From the human T2T-CHM13v2.0 reference genome, Homo sapiens, in the NCBI RefSeq assembly GCF_009914755.1, contig NC_060936.1: a DNA stretch of 64,000 nt; one strand, written 5' to 3'. A program made the translations under genes and the position numbers. Under the pieces are notes generated by a model that did not search any database, was not told the origin of the DNA, and saw only the letters and a list, made by a program, of their open reading frames with translations. Positions 15,300 through 32,917 of the stretch are shown piece by piece; positions within the stretch are counted from its first letter, which is position 1; every line of letters starts with the position of its first letter.

Positions 15300-16550
15300 A
15301 GGGTGACGGGGCACTCGCGGAGCCCTGAACAGGCATCTGGGGTGTGCCCGAGCCAGCCTCGCAGCATCTCCATCCCAGCTCACCTTCAGCCATCACTCAT
15401 ACACCACCCGCCGCCTGTCCCTGCCTTGGGCGCCCGGGACCGCTTGTCCGCGGTGGCCGCGGAACAGCTTCCCTCAGCCCGAGGTGGGGCAGGCGCGGGG
15501 GCCTGGGCTCGGGCGCTGCCCGGCGGCCCGGAGAGGCGTCCGCAGGGGGCACGGCTGCTCGGGCGGGACCGCTCCCACTGCTCCCCGCGCCCCCGCCGCC
15601 GGGTCCCGAGCCCAGGCCTCTCGGCCCCACCTCCCTCCCGCACCTGATGCGCCCGAACGCGGCGCCGCGGCCGAAGCCGAGACTTCCCCTCCATGGTCAC
15701 CTGTTCCGGAGCGCGGCGGCGGCAGCGGCCGGTGTGAGAAGGGTCCCCGTCTCCTCAGACCAGACCGAGACACCAGGGGCGGGGGATGGAAGGGGCATTC
15801 ACCTGGTGCCCGGCACCGGTGGTGGCGGGGAGGACAGCGGCTCCCAGCCCACAGCTCCTTCCTGCTCCCGCGCCTCCTCGCGCGGCTGCGGCCCCAAGCT
15901 GACAGCCCGGCCGTCGGCGCCCGCGGCCCCCTGACTCCCCGCCGCCCCGCCCCCGCGCGGCAGCCCCGCGCAAGCGCAGCCGCGCCGCCGCCGGGGAAGC
16001 CCGGGCCTTGGTGATGTGGCCCGCGGGGCGGCGACCCGGAGCGACAGCACCGCCCCGCCCGGACCCCGGCCGCGCCCTGGCAGACAGCTGTCGGGAACGG
16101 GGGCGCTGGATGACGGCAAGGGGGCAGTTTTCTGGGGAGCCTGCCCAGGAGAGAAGGGCTGTGGCCTCCTTCGGCATCCCTCTTCCCCACCAGCCCACGC
16201 ACGCCCACTTCACCGCCTGCTCCAAGGTCCGAACCCCCGAATCCATGACTCATGATTTCTCTTCTCAGACCAGCGGCCTCTTTTTGGCTGAGGTCATGTT
16301 TCTTGCAGACTGGAGTTAAAACCGAACCACGTGTCTTTCGGCCCAGCAGCGCATAGTGTGGGCGGTGCAGGAGCCGAGACGGGCAGGAACCACCGCAGGA
16401 GGGGGTGAGGTTTAGGGCAGCCCCATAGCACCCTCCCCGTGCCAGGCAGGTGTAGGCGCCAAGCGCATGGGGCGCTGAAGAGTTGGCTGGGGTGCCAGGC
16501 TTTTCAAGTTTCCCCACACTTGCTTTTAAACCTAGATCAAACTGATCCAA
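15300..16550 (-). promoter_or_regulatory. SLC41A2: CpG-island promoter / non-coding first exon(s), probably SLC41A2 (Mg2+ transporter), transcribed leftwards
   Basis: Seen: very high GC/CpG, many GC boxes, NRF1-like gcgcaagcgc ~15968, AP-1 tgactca 16246-16252, minus-strand donor-like sites CAG|GTGAAT (15803/15802), CAG|GTGACC (15701/15700), AAG|GTGAGC (15384/15383). The gene name comes from recalled synteny with NOPCHAP1; no SLC41A2 coding exon is seen in the window. Confidence 0.65.
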
Positions 16551-16717
16551 AGTCTGCATGTAAATCCGAGAGCTCATTTATTTTATTTACAAAACTATTG
16601 AGCATCTACTGTGTATGATTCAGGGAATGAGACACACCCCAGGGATACTCCAGTGAACAAAAGAAAGGTGTTGGTCCGAAGACAGTTATTTTAAAAATTA
16701 CACAGCTAATGCCATAA

Positions 16718-16958
16718 TGCCAGGATTGGTGGCTCATGCGTGTAACCTCAACACTTCGGGAGGACCAGGCGAGAGGAACGCTTGAGGCCAGGAATTTGAG
16801 ACCAGCCTGGGCAAACACAGCGAGACCTGGAGTGGCTAGGAGACTGAGGTGGGAGGATCGCCTGAGCCCAGGAGTTCAAGGCTGCAGCGGGCTATGATCG
16901 CATCACTGCACTCCAGTCTGGGCCACAAAATGAGACCTTGTCTCTAAAACAACAACTC
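16718..16958 (+). mobile_element. AluJ with internal deletion
   Basis: Alu arms without the linker; flanked by aaaattacacagctaatg repeats. Confidence 0.85.
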
Positions 16959-17859
16959 AAAATTACACAGCTAATGATACTCTTTTCCTCAAATCAAAGC
17001 TTCTACCAATTCCAAGCCACACCAGTGATTTAGTAGCAGCTTTTCTGGTGCTGAAGGACACCAGCATACATTTATCCATGTTCTTTTTTTTTTTCCTTAT
17101 GCTTTGCGATCAGACTTTGAGCTTTAACCTTAACCTTCAGGGTGAAGGGTGCTTCGGTATCACTCTTGGCCATCTGCAGTCATGCTTTTTATAATGACTC
17201 ATCCTGGTGTTCCTCACCACCTAAAAATGAAAGTATAATTGCAAGGAATATGGAAAAGCAGTGTTTTGACTGCATTTCCAGCTGGTTTTTGTTCTGGTTG
17301 TTTTTTGAATTACAGATCATTAGAAAGTAGCTGCTCTTGAAAGTTTGGCAGAAGTTCCACCCAATATGTGTTCCTCCCCTGAGTGTGTAGTCTTTCAAGA
17401 TTTCTACACAAAGCATATACAGAAGCCAGCCTGTCTTGGTTTTGAAAATTCTTCCACCATTTTTTTCTGAGAGAGCTGGTGGTTTCTACCGTCCTTCAGA
17501 GCATTACATGGCATGTGGCAGGCAACCTTCTACTTACATTCTTCATTCAGTACCGCAAAGTAGTGTGTACTTTGGAGATATGTTAAGCTTCAAGTTGGAA
17601 TCCAAATTTAAATCAAATTTCAGCCCTGAAAATAACTCACATTGGAATCGGGCGAGGAAATGCCCCCTTGTAAAAAACTGGGTCCTAATGGGTGCAGACA
17701 ACAACAATCCCATTTCTACTTCATCTCCCGTCTGACAGCTGGCAACTTCAAATGTGAAGCAAGTGGCTTGGACTTGAGGCTGTGTGGTGATGCTGTTGTG
17801 ATTGCTGGAAAAAAGCCTGAGAGTTATGAGAGTGTATAACAAAGGAGCGTGTCTGTGCT

Positions 17860-18860
<1,001 letters not shown>

Positions 18861-18933
18861 TAAATTTTAGGAGAGCACATAATATGAACTGTTCATAAGA
18901 TTTAACCTCTAAACTTCAGAGAAAACCTGAGCA

Positions 18934-19297
<364 letters not shown>

Positions 19298-19639
19298 TTA
19301 ATCTTGACACTCTATAAAATGATGTTATAATCCCATTTTACATACGAGGAAACTGAGGGTTAAATCCTTGCTCAAAGTTACTCAAATTCCCAAGACCTAC
19401 CTCAGACCCATTAAATAAGAATCTCTATGGATATTTCTGGTGATCACTGAGGCTCAAGAACCACCATGTGGCCTACTTAAAAGTGGTCCCACAAACCATA
19501 TAAATGCCCACAAAGAAAAAGAACTAGAGAAAAACCATCATTCAGGGGACATGCAGCCCATGCAGCCAATGTTCCAGACACATGTGCTAGTTTCTGCCCC
19601 TACCCCCATTATCAGTGCCCTTCCTGGGAATCTCTGCAA

Positions 19640-20900
19640 TACTCATTTGTTCATTCATTCAACAGGTAGCTATTGTGGGCCTCTTTTGTGCCAAATATAA
19701 ATCATCATTCATTCATTTATAAATATTTTTTGAGCACTTAGCTAAATGCCACATTTTGTCCTATGCTCTGGGAATACAGTATTGAACAACATAAAGGAAT
19801 GCCTGCCTTACAGAGTTCATGTTCAAATGGGGAAAGAAAATAAACAACTAATAAACAAATAAGCAAATATATATATCTAGGTATATGGTGATAACTACTA
19901 TGAAAAGAAATAGAGTTAAAGAGTTAGAGAGTTTGGGGGCGGGGTGGGGAAGGTGTGGAGAGGAGCGGGGACTGTTTTATATAAACTAATCCAGGGAGAC
20001 CTTGATGGCTTGAACAAAAAGGAGTGAGGGAACAGTAATAATACCTGGGGAAAGTACAGCAAGCACAAAGGTCCTAAGACAGGAGTGTGTATGTTGTGTT
20101 CAGGAGACAGCAAGGAGTCTCCTGTGTCTGTAGTGAAGTAATCAAGTGGTTGAGATGAAGCAAAATTAAATTTGCAGGCCAGGTGCTGTGGCTCACGCCA
20201 GTAATCCCAACACATTAGGAGGCTGAGGTGGGCGGATCACTTGAGGTCAGGAATTCGAGACCAGCCTGGCCAACATGGTGAAACCCCGTCTTTACCAAAA
20301 ATACAAAAATTAGCCGAGCCTGGTGGTGCATGCCTGTAGTCCCAGTTACTCAGGAGGCATGAGAATCACTTGAGCCCGGGAGGTGGAAGTTGCAGTGAGC
20401 CAAGATTGCACCACTGCTCTCCAGCCTGGGCAACAGAGTGAGACTCCAGGGAAAAAAAAGAAAAAATTAGATTTGCAGATGCAGTCAGAGAAGTGGCTAG
20501 GGGCAGGGCTTGCAGGCCATTGGCTTTGACTCTGAGCAAGGTGAGGGCCACTAAAAGGATCTCAGTGGAAGTGGCCCCCTGTGACTTAGATTTCAGTGGG
20601 ATCACTGTGGAGAGCCAAGTGCGGAAGCCAGGGCGGAAGCAGGAAGACCCCTGAGGAGGCTTTTGTGATAATCCCGATGAGAGGGATGGTAGCCCAGCCC
20701 AAGGTGGGCACAGAGGAAAAGCACTGGACTCTGATACATTTGTTTGAGAGTAGAGCTGAAATACAGGATTGCCTAATGGATTAAATGTAGAGTTTAAGAG
20801 GAAGAGAGGCGTTAAAGATGCCTCCAAGGTTTTTGGCTCAAGCAGCTAGAAGAATGGAATTCCCATTTGCTGCAGTGGAAACGGCTGTGAGAATAAAGTC
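19640..20900 (-). mobile_element. L2 with inserted AluS (20177-20465, +)
   Basis: cattcattcaaca..tgagcactta L2 tail; Alu TSD aaaatta(a/g)atttgcag. Confidence 0.7.
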
Positions 20901-21301
20901 TTGAGGCAGGTATGAGATCACCTAGTGGGGTTTACTGTTCTAACTGCCTTGTCTCTATGAACTCCTTCAGTACTCACGACAACTCTCTAAGATAGGTACT
21001 ATTTTCATTCCTGTTTTATAGATGCGGAATTGAGGCTTTACCCTACAATGTGCCACAGATTCCACGTCTGTAAAATGAGAATAGTACTCCAGAGTTTACA
21101 GTTGCATTGCCTATCGGGGAAGCCAGACAATTAGATAAGCAATATAATAATCTACAGTTATGGTAGGGAAAGTCTGAGGGGCTATAGTTACACAAAGCAG
21201 AAGCATCTTTCCAAGTTTGGGGGTAGGGGCAGAAAAACATCAGGGAAGACTTCTAAGAGGATGTAATATTAGACTAAAAGCTAAAGAATCAATAGTCATG
21301 C

Positions 21302-21751
21302 TGCTGTGGTTTGAATGTGTCCCCCAAAGCTCATGTGTTGGCAGATTAATTCCTGATACAACAGTGTTGAGAAGTGGGTGATTAAGAGATGATTAGGTCA
21401 TGAGAGTTCTGCCCTCCTGAAAAGATTAATGTTGTTATCTTGGGAGTGGGCTCATTATCACGAGAGTGGGTTTGTTATAAAACTGAGTTCCGCCTTCTCT
21501 TACATGCATGCTTGCTCTCTCTCTCTCTCACACACATATGTGTGCACATGCACACACGCGCACACACACACACACACACACACCCCTTTGCGATGCCTTC
21601 TGCCATTTTATGAAGCACCAAGAAGGCCATCACCAGATACAGCCCCTCAATCTCAGACTTTCCAGCCTCCAGAACTGTGAGCCAAATAAATTTCTGTTTG
21701 TTATAAATTACCCAGTCTGTGATAATCTGTTACAGCAACTTAAACTAAGAC
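21302..21751 (+). mobile_element. MaLR solo LTR (MST/MLT1A-like) containing a (CT)n/(CA)n microsatellite (~21515-21582)
   Basis: tgctgtggtttgaatgtgtcccc...ccagaactgtgagccaaataaa...aaactaagaca. Confidence 0.85.
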
Positions 21752-21951
21752 ACGTGCTAAGAGAAATTTTAGGACTAGGGATAAGAAAAGAAGGAAAGAG
21801 TATTCCAGGAAGAGGTAACTGCTTGTACAGAAAAAAAAGAGGGGCGATTTTTAGTAATTGAAAGGATTTCAGTGCAATGTTTGTACTCTCTCAGAGCACC
21901 TTATTGATTGGTCCCTGCTGAGAGTTTTTCTCCACAAGTACATGGTAATGC

Positions 21952-22524
21952 TGAGGCAGGATACGTAGTCAAGGAAACGACCATGTTCTCAGAATGCAGC
22001 AACCATGGTGACCGTACAGCCAACACAGTAAGCCTCAGTATTCGCATTGGAATTGAGTTCATTCAAGCAAAGCTATCTTCAGTAGGGACTTTGCCTTCTA
22101 AAGAGCATGCACATTTTGATTTTACCTGTCCTCAAACTGACCCTTTGCTCAGTATAATAGTAAAAAACCCCTGGGTGGAGATTTAAGATGCTAATGAGAC
22201 ATGCGACATATGAACAAGCATGAACAGCTACTGTGCATGTGCACCCAGAAGACCACCCAGAACATGCTTACTAGTAACACTTCTTCCAACCTCCTTATGA
22301 ATAGCCATGTAAGACTGGGAGTTTCTCCAGCAATAATCAACGCTGCCCCACCCTTACAAGCAGCCCACCCTGAATTCTCTCTCTCAGGATGTGCTGTCTA
22401 TTCTGCATGTAACTTTCAAAATATTCTTTTTCTTTTGCAAGAAATTACTCTATGCCATGTGTCTCCTGTTTAAATTCTTTTAAACTAAGAAGACAAGAAA
22501 TGAGGTTTCAAAACAGCTGTCAAC
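21952..22524 (+). mobile_element. ERV1-class solo LTR (subfamily not determined)
   Basis: TGAGGCAGGA...GTCAACA termini, approximate 4-bp TSD atgc/gtgc, ERV1-LTR-like body. Confidence 0.65.
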
Positions 22525-23249
22525 AGTGCTTCAAGGGATTTCTATTTCTGCTGTCTTTACAATGTATCTCTGAGAAGGCAGAAGTCCACTGTCCTTGAAT
22601 GCTCACTGGGTCCCTGTTGTTCCTCAACCATGCCCACGAGTTCCTGCCTCCAGACCTTAGACTTGCTGTTCTCTTTAACTAGGACATTCTATTCTCCCAG
22701 AAATCTTCCCGGATCCACACCCACCAGGTGGATTTAAGGGTCTCAGTCCTCTTTGTTTCCATAACAGCCATTGAATAATATGATCAACTCTTAAAAATAC
22801 CAAGTCATAAAGGTTTGCTTATCTGTCCATTTCTCTACTAGGTTATCAACAGCTTCTTTATATCTCGGCTAGCATGATGTTGTTAGCCCTAAGTGAATGC
22901 TCAATAACTTTCCCCCTGCAATCAATGAATGGATACATTTAAATTTATCTCTCTTTACTATTAGTGGTGCTGCTACTGGCATTTTGATTTTCTATTCTGG
23001 TTCTAGCAGAATTATTAATTTATTTTAAAATCTTAATTGTATATTACAGTATCTTGGCTTTCTTAACCTGATTTTGTTAGGTTTTTGCCAGGAGGCAGGA
23101 TTTCCACAACACTGGGATGTTGAAGGCTAAGATATTTTTCAGGAACATATAGGCATTGACTGCTCTTCTGGGGGATGAGGGTGTGCCCTTCCCTACACTG
23201 TTTGGTTTAAGGACTATGGAAACTCAATTATCTGTTACCATTCCGTTAA

Positions 23250-24410
23250 ATGGAGGCTCATCTATCCACAAGAAGACTTGCATAAGACTGCCGATAGCAG
23301 CTTTATCATAGTAGTACAAAACTGGAAAGAATTCAAAAGCTCATCAACAGGAGAATGAAAAAACTAACTTGGGTATATTCATCCAATGCGATACTACTCA
23401 GTAATAAAATGAAACAAATTAGGGATATGCTTAACAAAATTGTGAATCTCACTAACATTCTGAAAGAGAGAAGGCCCTGATAGAAAAAAAAATACTAGGC
23501 TTCTGTACCAAATTATCACAAACTTAGTAGCTTAAAGTAACACGAATTTGTTATCTTACAGCTTGGTAGGGTAGAAGTTCTAATACATGTCTCATTGCAC
23601 TAGAATCAAGGTGTCAGCAGGGCTGCATTCCTTGTAGAGGTTCTAAGGGAGAACTTTATTCCAGCTTCTAGAGGCCACTCACATTCCTTGGCTTGTGGCC
23701 CCTTTTATACCTCTTCAAAGACAGCAATGTATTAGGTTGGTGCAAAAGTAATGGCGGTTTATGCCATTACTTTCAAAGGCAAAAGCCGCAATTACTTTTG
23801 CACCAGCCTAGTAGCATTTCTGAGCCTGCTTCCATCCTCACATCTTTCTCTGCCTCTCTTTTCCTGCCTCCCTCTTCCACTTTTAAGGGCCCTTGTGATT
23901 ATATTGGACCCACCCAGATAATCCAGGAATCTTTATTTTAAAGCCATTATCAAACTTAATTTCATCTGTAACCTTAATTCCCTCTTGCCCTGTAACATAA
24001 CAGGTTCCAGGAATCAGGACAGGTACTTATTTGGGGATTGTAGGGAGCATTATTATGCCAGCCACACTGTGTGATTTCATTAAGTTTTTAGAGAAGGCAA
24101 AACTCAGCTGTGGTTTAAAAAAAAAAAAGAAGAAGAAGAAAGAGGAAAGAAGAAGAGAAAAAAGAGACCAGGAGAAGGGAGTGGGGAGGGGCAAGGGGAA
24201 GGAGAAAGAGAAGAAAAAGAAAGGTGATTGCCTTTAGGTGGGAGGAAATTGACTAGAAAGGCACATGAGGGAACTTTCTGGGTATTGGAAATTTTCTGTA
24301 TCTTTAGAGGCATGTGGGTTAAATGTGCACATGGATTTATCAAAACTCATCAAATTTTACGTGTAAGATTTGTGCAATTCACTGTATGTAAATTATACCT
24401 GTAAAAAAGA
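23250..24410 (+). mobile_element. Old L1M 3' region interrupted by an MLT1 LTR (~23500-24065, -)
   Basis: L1M motifs (tcatcaacaggagaatg, caaaactcatcaaat) on both sides of MLT1 sequence (aatcaaggtgtcagcagggctg). Confidence 0.7.
23732..23811. mobile_element. MADE1 MITE nested in the MLT1
   Basis: ttaggttggtgcaaaagtaatggcgg...ccgcaattacttttgcaccagcctag with TA on both flanks. Confidence 0.92.
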
Positions 24411-24511
24411 GAACTGTAAACAAATCTTGATCTCTAGATTTGCTTTTCATAGTGCTATGTGTGAGCAGGTCTGAAACTAGTTTCTGAGTACGCCGAATGA
24501 AAGTAAGGTTT

Positions 24512-24709
24512 CCAGTGGTGTACCGCTAAACTGGCTCTCTGGGGGAAAAGAAAAAAAAAAAAGAACACACACATACACACACCTTGATTTGTAGCATTTG
24601 CTAATTGCTATGTTGTAAATAGCCCCATAGCTGATTTCAAAACCAGCTCACAAAATTACAAATCTTTAGTAATCAGCCCTATGAGCTGATTCAAACTGGC
24701 ATACCACTG
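24512..24709. mobile_element. hAT non-autonomous element (MER63-like)
   Basis: Terminal inverted repeats cagtggtgt...ataccactg; ggctctctgggggaaaa motif. Confidence 0.6.
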
Positions 24710-25046
24710 CAGATTTCTCATCGTTTAAGTTTTAAAATATGCATAAATAGATATAGAAATATAGATCTATGAGGAGATGAGTGCGTGTGTGTGTGCATGT
24801 GTGTATCTGTCTGCCTCCTTTCCCTCTGCAATAAGAGGACCTAAAAGCTAGGACATATTGGTAGCAGGTGCACATTTCGCTTCCAGATGTATCTTTCTAC
24901 ATACCATTCTCCACTTGAAAAGGAACCAGTGTTTCTTGGGGAAAAGGCTAGTTCCAGGGCTGGAGTATAATAGAAAAGTACAAAAGGAGCTTGAAATAAT
25001 GGATTGCACCAGAAATTAAGGAAGTGCTTAAAGAATGATGGACATT

Positions 25047-25445
<399 letters not shown>

Positions 25446-25702
25446 TCAAATGTAATAGTAATGGACTAAAGCTCGTTAAATAAAGATACATGTCTCAAAA
25501 CTGATACAAATAAATAAGTAAATGGGAGAACAGAAAGCTCTGCCTCACAGTAGAATATCAACTAATACATAAAGAACAAATAAAAGCATTAGAAAATCAT
25601 TAGTAGACAGAAAAATTCAGGAGTGAAAGTTTGGTAAGGGACAGGATGTTGACATATATCCCCACAAATACTTGTTAATTACAAAGAGGAAAGTATTACT
25701 AC

Positions 25703-26023
25703 TTTCTTTCTTTCTTTTTTTTTTTTTTTTTTTTTTGAGATGGAGTCTTGCTCTGTCGCCCAGGCTGGAGTGCAGTGGTGCGATCTCGGCTCACTGCAAC
25801 CTCCACCTCCCGGGTTGAAGCAGTTCTCCTGCCTCAGCCCTTCTGAGTACCTGGGATTACAGGCGTGCACCACCACACCCAGCTAATTTTTTTTTTTGTA
25901 TTTTTAGTAGAGGCGGGGTTTCACCACGTTGGTCAGGCTGGTCTCGAACTCCTGACCTCATGATCCACCCACCCCGGCCTCCGAAAGTGCTGGGATTACA
26001 GGTGTGAGCCACCGCGCCCGGCC
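25703..26023 (-). mobile_element. AluS inside an old L1MC-type relic (~24750-26825)
   Basis: Poly-T plus reverse-complement Alu; surrounding L1MC-like motifs (aaagttaacatcaccagtaatg). Confidence 0.88.
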
Positions 26024-27696
26024 ATTCCTTATTATTTTCAAGGGTGATTTGTAACAATCACCCTTTCCCATGTGATTAAAGTTAACATCACCAGTAAGGG
26101 TCACCCTTCAAGTTCAGGGGTGATTAATAGTAATCACCCCTACCCATGTGATTAAAGTTAACATCACCAGTAATGAGACAAATCTACATCATGGGCCTCC
26201 TGGTATGATACAGTGAGAAAGACCCAGTATCACTTCTGTGGTGTTCTTGGCAAAAACGTATAATCTGAATCTAATCCTGAGGAAACAGCAGACAGACCTA
26301 AACTGAGGGACATTCTAAAAATTCTGTAGCCTATCCTCTTAAAAAATGTCAAAGCCCCAAAAGACAAAAATGACTGAGGCACTGTCACAGATTGATGAGA
26401 GAAGACTGGGTGCAATGCACGATCTTATGTTGGATCCTGTACTTGGAAAAAAAATGAAGCTGTACATGACGTTATTGAGACAACTGAAATTTGGAAACAC
26501 ACACTAGATTCCATAGTAGTACTGTATGTTAAATGTTCTGCTTTTGATCATTGTTCTCTAGGTATATGAGAATATTGTTGTACTTAGAATTTATACACTG
26601 AAGTATTTAGGGATAAATAGGCATACAGTCTACAACTTGCCCTTGAATTTTTTTTTTTTTTTAAGTTTGGGAGCAGGAAGAAAGAGATAGAAAGAACGAG
26701 ATGTGATAAAGCAAAAAAAAAAATGGAGCACAATGTACCCATGTTTTAATCTATGTAAAAGGTATACAGGAGTTATACTACTGTTGCAACTTGTTTGTAA
26801 ATTTGAAATTATATCAAAATAAAAAGGTACAAAATAGGGTACCTGTAGTGCCAGCTACTGAGAAGTTTGAGGTTACTGTGAGCTATCATCGTGTCACTGC
26901 ACCAGCCTGAGCAACAGAGCAAGACTCCATCTCTAAAAAAAAAATTAAAAAAAAAAAAAAGTGGGACAGGCACATAGCAAGCTACTTTGGCAGGGCAGAG
27001 AGGTAAAAGCCCTACAAAGGTAAAAGCCAATGCGAAGAGGTAAAAGCCCTACAAAGATATGCCCTTTCTGTTCCTGTTCTCTGTAGCCACCCCTTTTTCC
27101 CATATTCCCCGTATTCTTGGCTAAATAAATCAGGAACTGATAGGCAGTGTGTAGGTGGTGTGTTTGGGCAGCTTCAAAGGGAAAGACAGCTGTTGTGACT
27201 ATATGAAAGTATTCATTTTGAAATAATTGAGACCTCTCTGTCCCAGAGAGCAACTAGGGGCCCTGTAACGGTTTGTAATCAGAATATGTAAACTTGCAAA
27301 ATGTTCTTAACATGAAATAGATAAAAAACAGGTAGTGTAGGATGAGGAAAAAGGAACAGTACAAACTGTACACAATTTACTGATGTAAAAAAGAAAGTTT
27401 CCTTGCAGTCCTCTCCCATTATTAATTCTTCTATGTAGTCTCTCTTCTGATAGTTTCTATCAGATTGTACACCTGTCATAAAACAAATCATCAGAATGCA
27501 TAGACATCGGCCTAATTATTCCTATGTCTCCTAAATAGTTTTGAGGAAATGCTAGTGACCTAGCCCGATATACTTTGTTTTGCTAGAACAAGATCCTGGA
27601 GAAGAACTACACGGGAATAAAAATAACTAAAATTGATTAAAATGGAACAAATACTGTTAATCAAAAAACAATGAATTATAGGAAATTGTTCTCCCC

Positions 27697-28052
27697 TGCT
27701 ATAAATCTGAATCTTTGTGTCCCCCCACCTCAAATTCATATATTGAGACCTAACCCCCAAGGTGATAGTATTAAGAGATGAGGCCTTTGGGAGGTGATTA
27801 GGCCATGAGGGCTCTGTCCTCAAGAATGGGATTAGTGTCCTTATGTAAGAGGCCTAAGGGAGCTTGTTCACCCCTTCTGCCATGTGAAGTCTCAGCAAAA
27901 AGGCACCGTCTTTGAAGCAGAGAGTGAACCCTTGCCAGACACTAACTGCTGGCACCTTCCTAGCCTCCATCACTGTGAGCAATACATTTCTATTGTTTAC
28001 AAATTACCCAGTCCAAGGTATTTTGTTACAGCAGCTTGAACAGAGTAAGACA
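27697..28052 (+). mobile_element. MLT1A-type solo LTR
   Basis: tgctataaatctgaat...gaggtgattaggccatgagggc...agagtaagaca. Confidence 0.88.
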
Positions 28053-28060
28053 TTCCCCCT

Positions 28061-28399
<339 letters not shown>

Positions 28400-29345
28400 T
28401 CATTGATATTTAGCAGAATTGAACACCAGTTTTTAATGCCATGCCATGGGTGAAATTTTGAGGAAGAAATGATGCCCTACGCTATGTTCAAAATTCAACA
28501 CTTAAAAAACTAATTTAAAAATTCCAGCACATGAGGCAGAGAATGAAGCTAAGTCCAGTTTAAGATGGCTACTCTTCAGAATAGTAGTCTACTAGAAATA
28601 AAATCCTGCTTCTCCACCAGTGGAAATATTATGTTGCTAGAAATCAAAGCATTCCTTTGACGCAAATGCTTTATTTTATCCATACGATCAAAATAGGTTA
28701 AGAGCTAACCAAAATAAATGATTTGCACTATAATTACACCATAACTTTCAGCATTAATATACATGTCTCTAGAGATAAAATAGTTTTAATTGGCAAAATT
28801 AGGTAATTAAATTAAATACATAATTGTTCCTAAGGGCCAGGTAATAGCAATTTGAAAACTTACCAGCCTAAATACTCAGTTTGGATAGTCTCCTGAAGAT
28901 AAAAACTGAAGCTGAAAGATGAAAACCTTTTAGAAAAACCTCAAAATTATCCCCAGAATTACACATTGCAAATATTATTGTCTGTAGTAGACCTGTGGGT
29001 GCCTCCCTGATTTCCTTGCATCCTCCCCTAAAGCTACAGCTCTGCCTTCTGGGTGGGATTGGTCCCGTCCTCCGGCCAGCTGCAGGAGTGGGACCTGATT
29101 CAGAAAATTCCACTTCCCTTGTCTCAGCTAGTTTGGGCCTATGACTCAAGTTTGTTACTTTGACATTTTAACTTTTAAATGCCAATCTTATTTTACCTCA
29201 TTTCCCTCAATTTCCTGAAAAGAGTTTCAATTTTTTTTTCGAAACGAAACTCAGGAATTTATACACATATTGCCAGTTCAAATTTAAGATTACAGGAGTG
29301 GGTCGGTTACTGATTTTTTTTTTCTTGTACAAAAAATCTGAGATC

Positions 29346-29640
29346 TGGCAAGGAGCGGTGGCTCATGTCTGTAATGCCAGCACTTTGGGAGGCCTAGGCG
29401 AATGGATTGCTTGAGCTCAGGAGTTCAAGACCAGCCTGGGCAACATGGTGAAACCCTGTCTCTACCAAAAATACAAAAAATATTAGGAGTGGTGGCACAC
29501 GCCTGTAATCCCAGCTACTTGGGAGGATTGCTTGAGTTGGGGAAGTGGAGGTTGCAGTGAGCCAAGATCGTGCCACTGCACTTCAGCCTGGGCAACAGAG
29601 TGAGACCCCATCTCAAAAAGCAAACAAAACCCAAAACAAA
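29346..29640 (+). mobile_element. AluJ/S
   Basis: Full Alu; TSD aaaatctgagatc. Confidence 0.92.
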
Positions 29641-30149
29641 ATCTGAGATCCAAATATTAGTATAATTACTTATTTGCTTTATCTAAGAATATCTATATAG
29701 CAGTTTTTAAATAACCATACCAATAACACTACTAAAAATTAAGATGATTCAATTCATTGTAACAGCCAATCAGCAATAAGGTCCAGGTTCAGTTTCATAT
29801 GATTAGAGCTTGCCCATAATAATGACTGTAACATACATGCAAATCAACCAACAAATTTCTTATATTTATATTCTTTTTAAAATCTTAAAATGTTTAACAG
29901 TTTATCTTTTTTTCATATCATTTTCCTGTACCAGAAGCAGCTCCCTTCCCCCTGCATTGCTCTTCTTGTTCAGAGCCTGTCTTATGGCTATTGTCTTATC
30001 TTTTTATACAAACTTTATAATCCATTTTCTCACTCAAAGGGAAAAAATACCCGATGAGATTCTTATTAGCATTGTGCCAAGATCATGCCACTGCACCCCA
30101 GCCCTGGAGACAGAATGAGACCCTGTCTCAAAAATAATAATAGTAAAAT

Positions 30150-31900
<1,751 letters not shown>

Positions 31901-31934
31901 TAGCCTCAATTCTGCTGTAAAATGCTCACCACCG

Positions 31935-32735
<801 letters not shown>

Positions 32736-32876
32736 GACAAATACCTAGGAATGGAATTTCTGTGTCATAGGGTACACGTACATTTATAAGAAACTGCTAA
32801 CCTATTTTCCCACATGATTATACTATTTCATTTTCCCTCCCACAATGTATGAGAGTTCCCAGTTGTTTCAAGGATT

Positions 32877-32878
<2 letters not shown>

Positions 32879-32917
<39 letters not shown>

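Noticed and set aside
15303-16577. Many overlapping long ORFs (up to 367 aa) on both strands
   Set aside because: Pro/Arg/Gly/Ala-rich translations typical of stop-poor CpG islands; no recognisable domain
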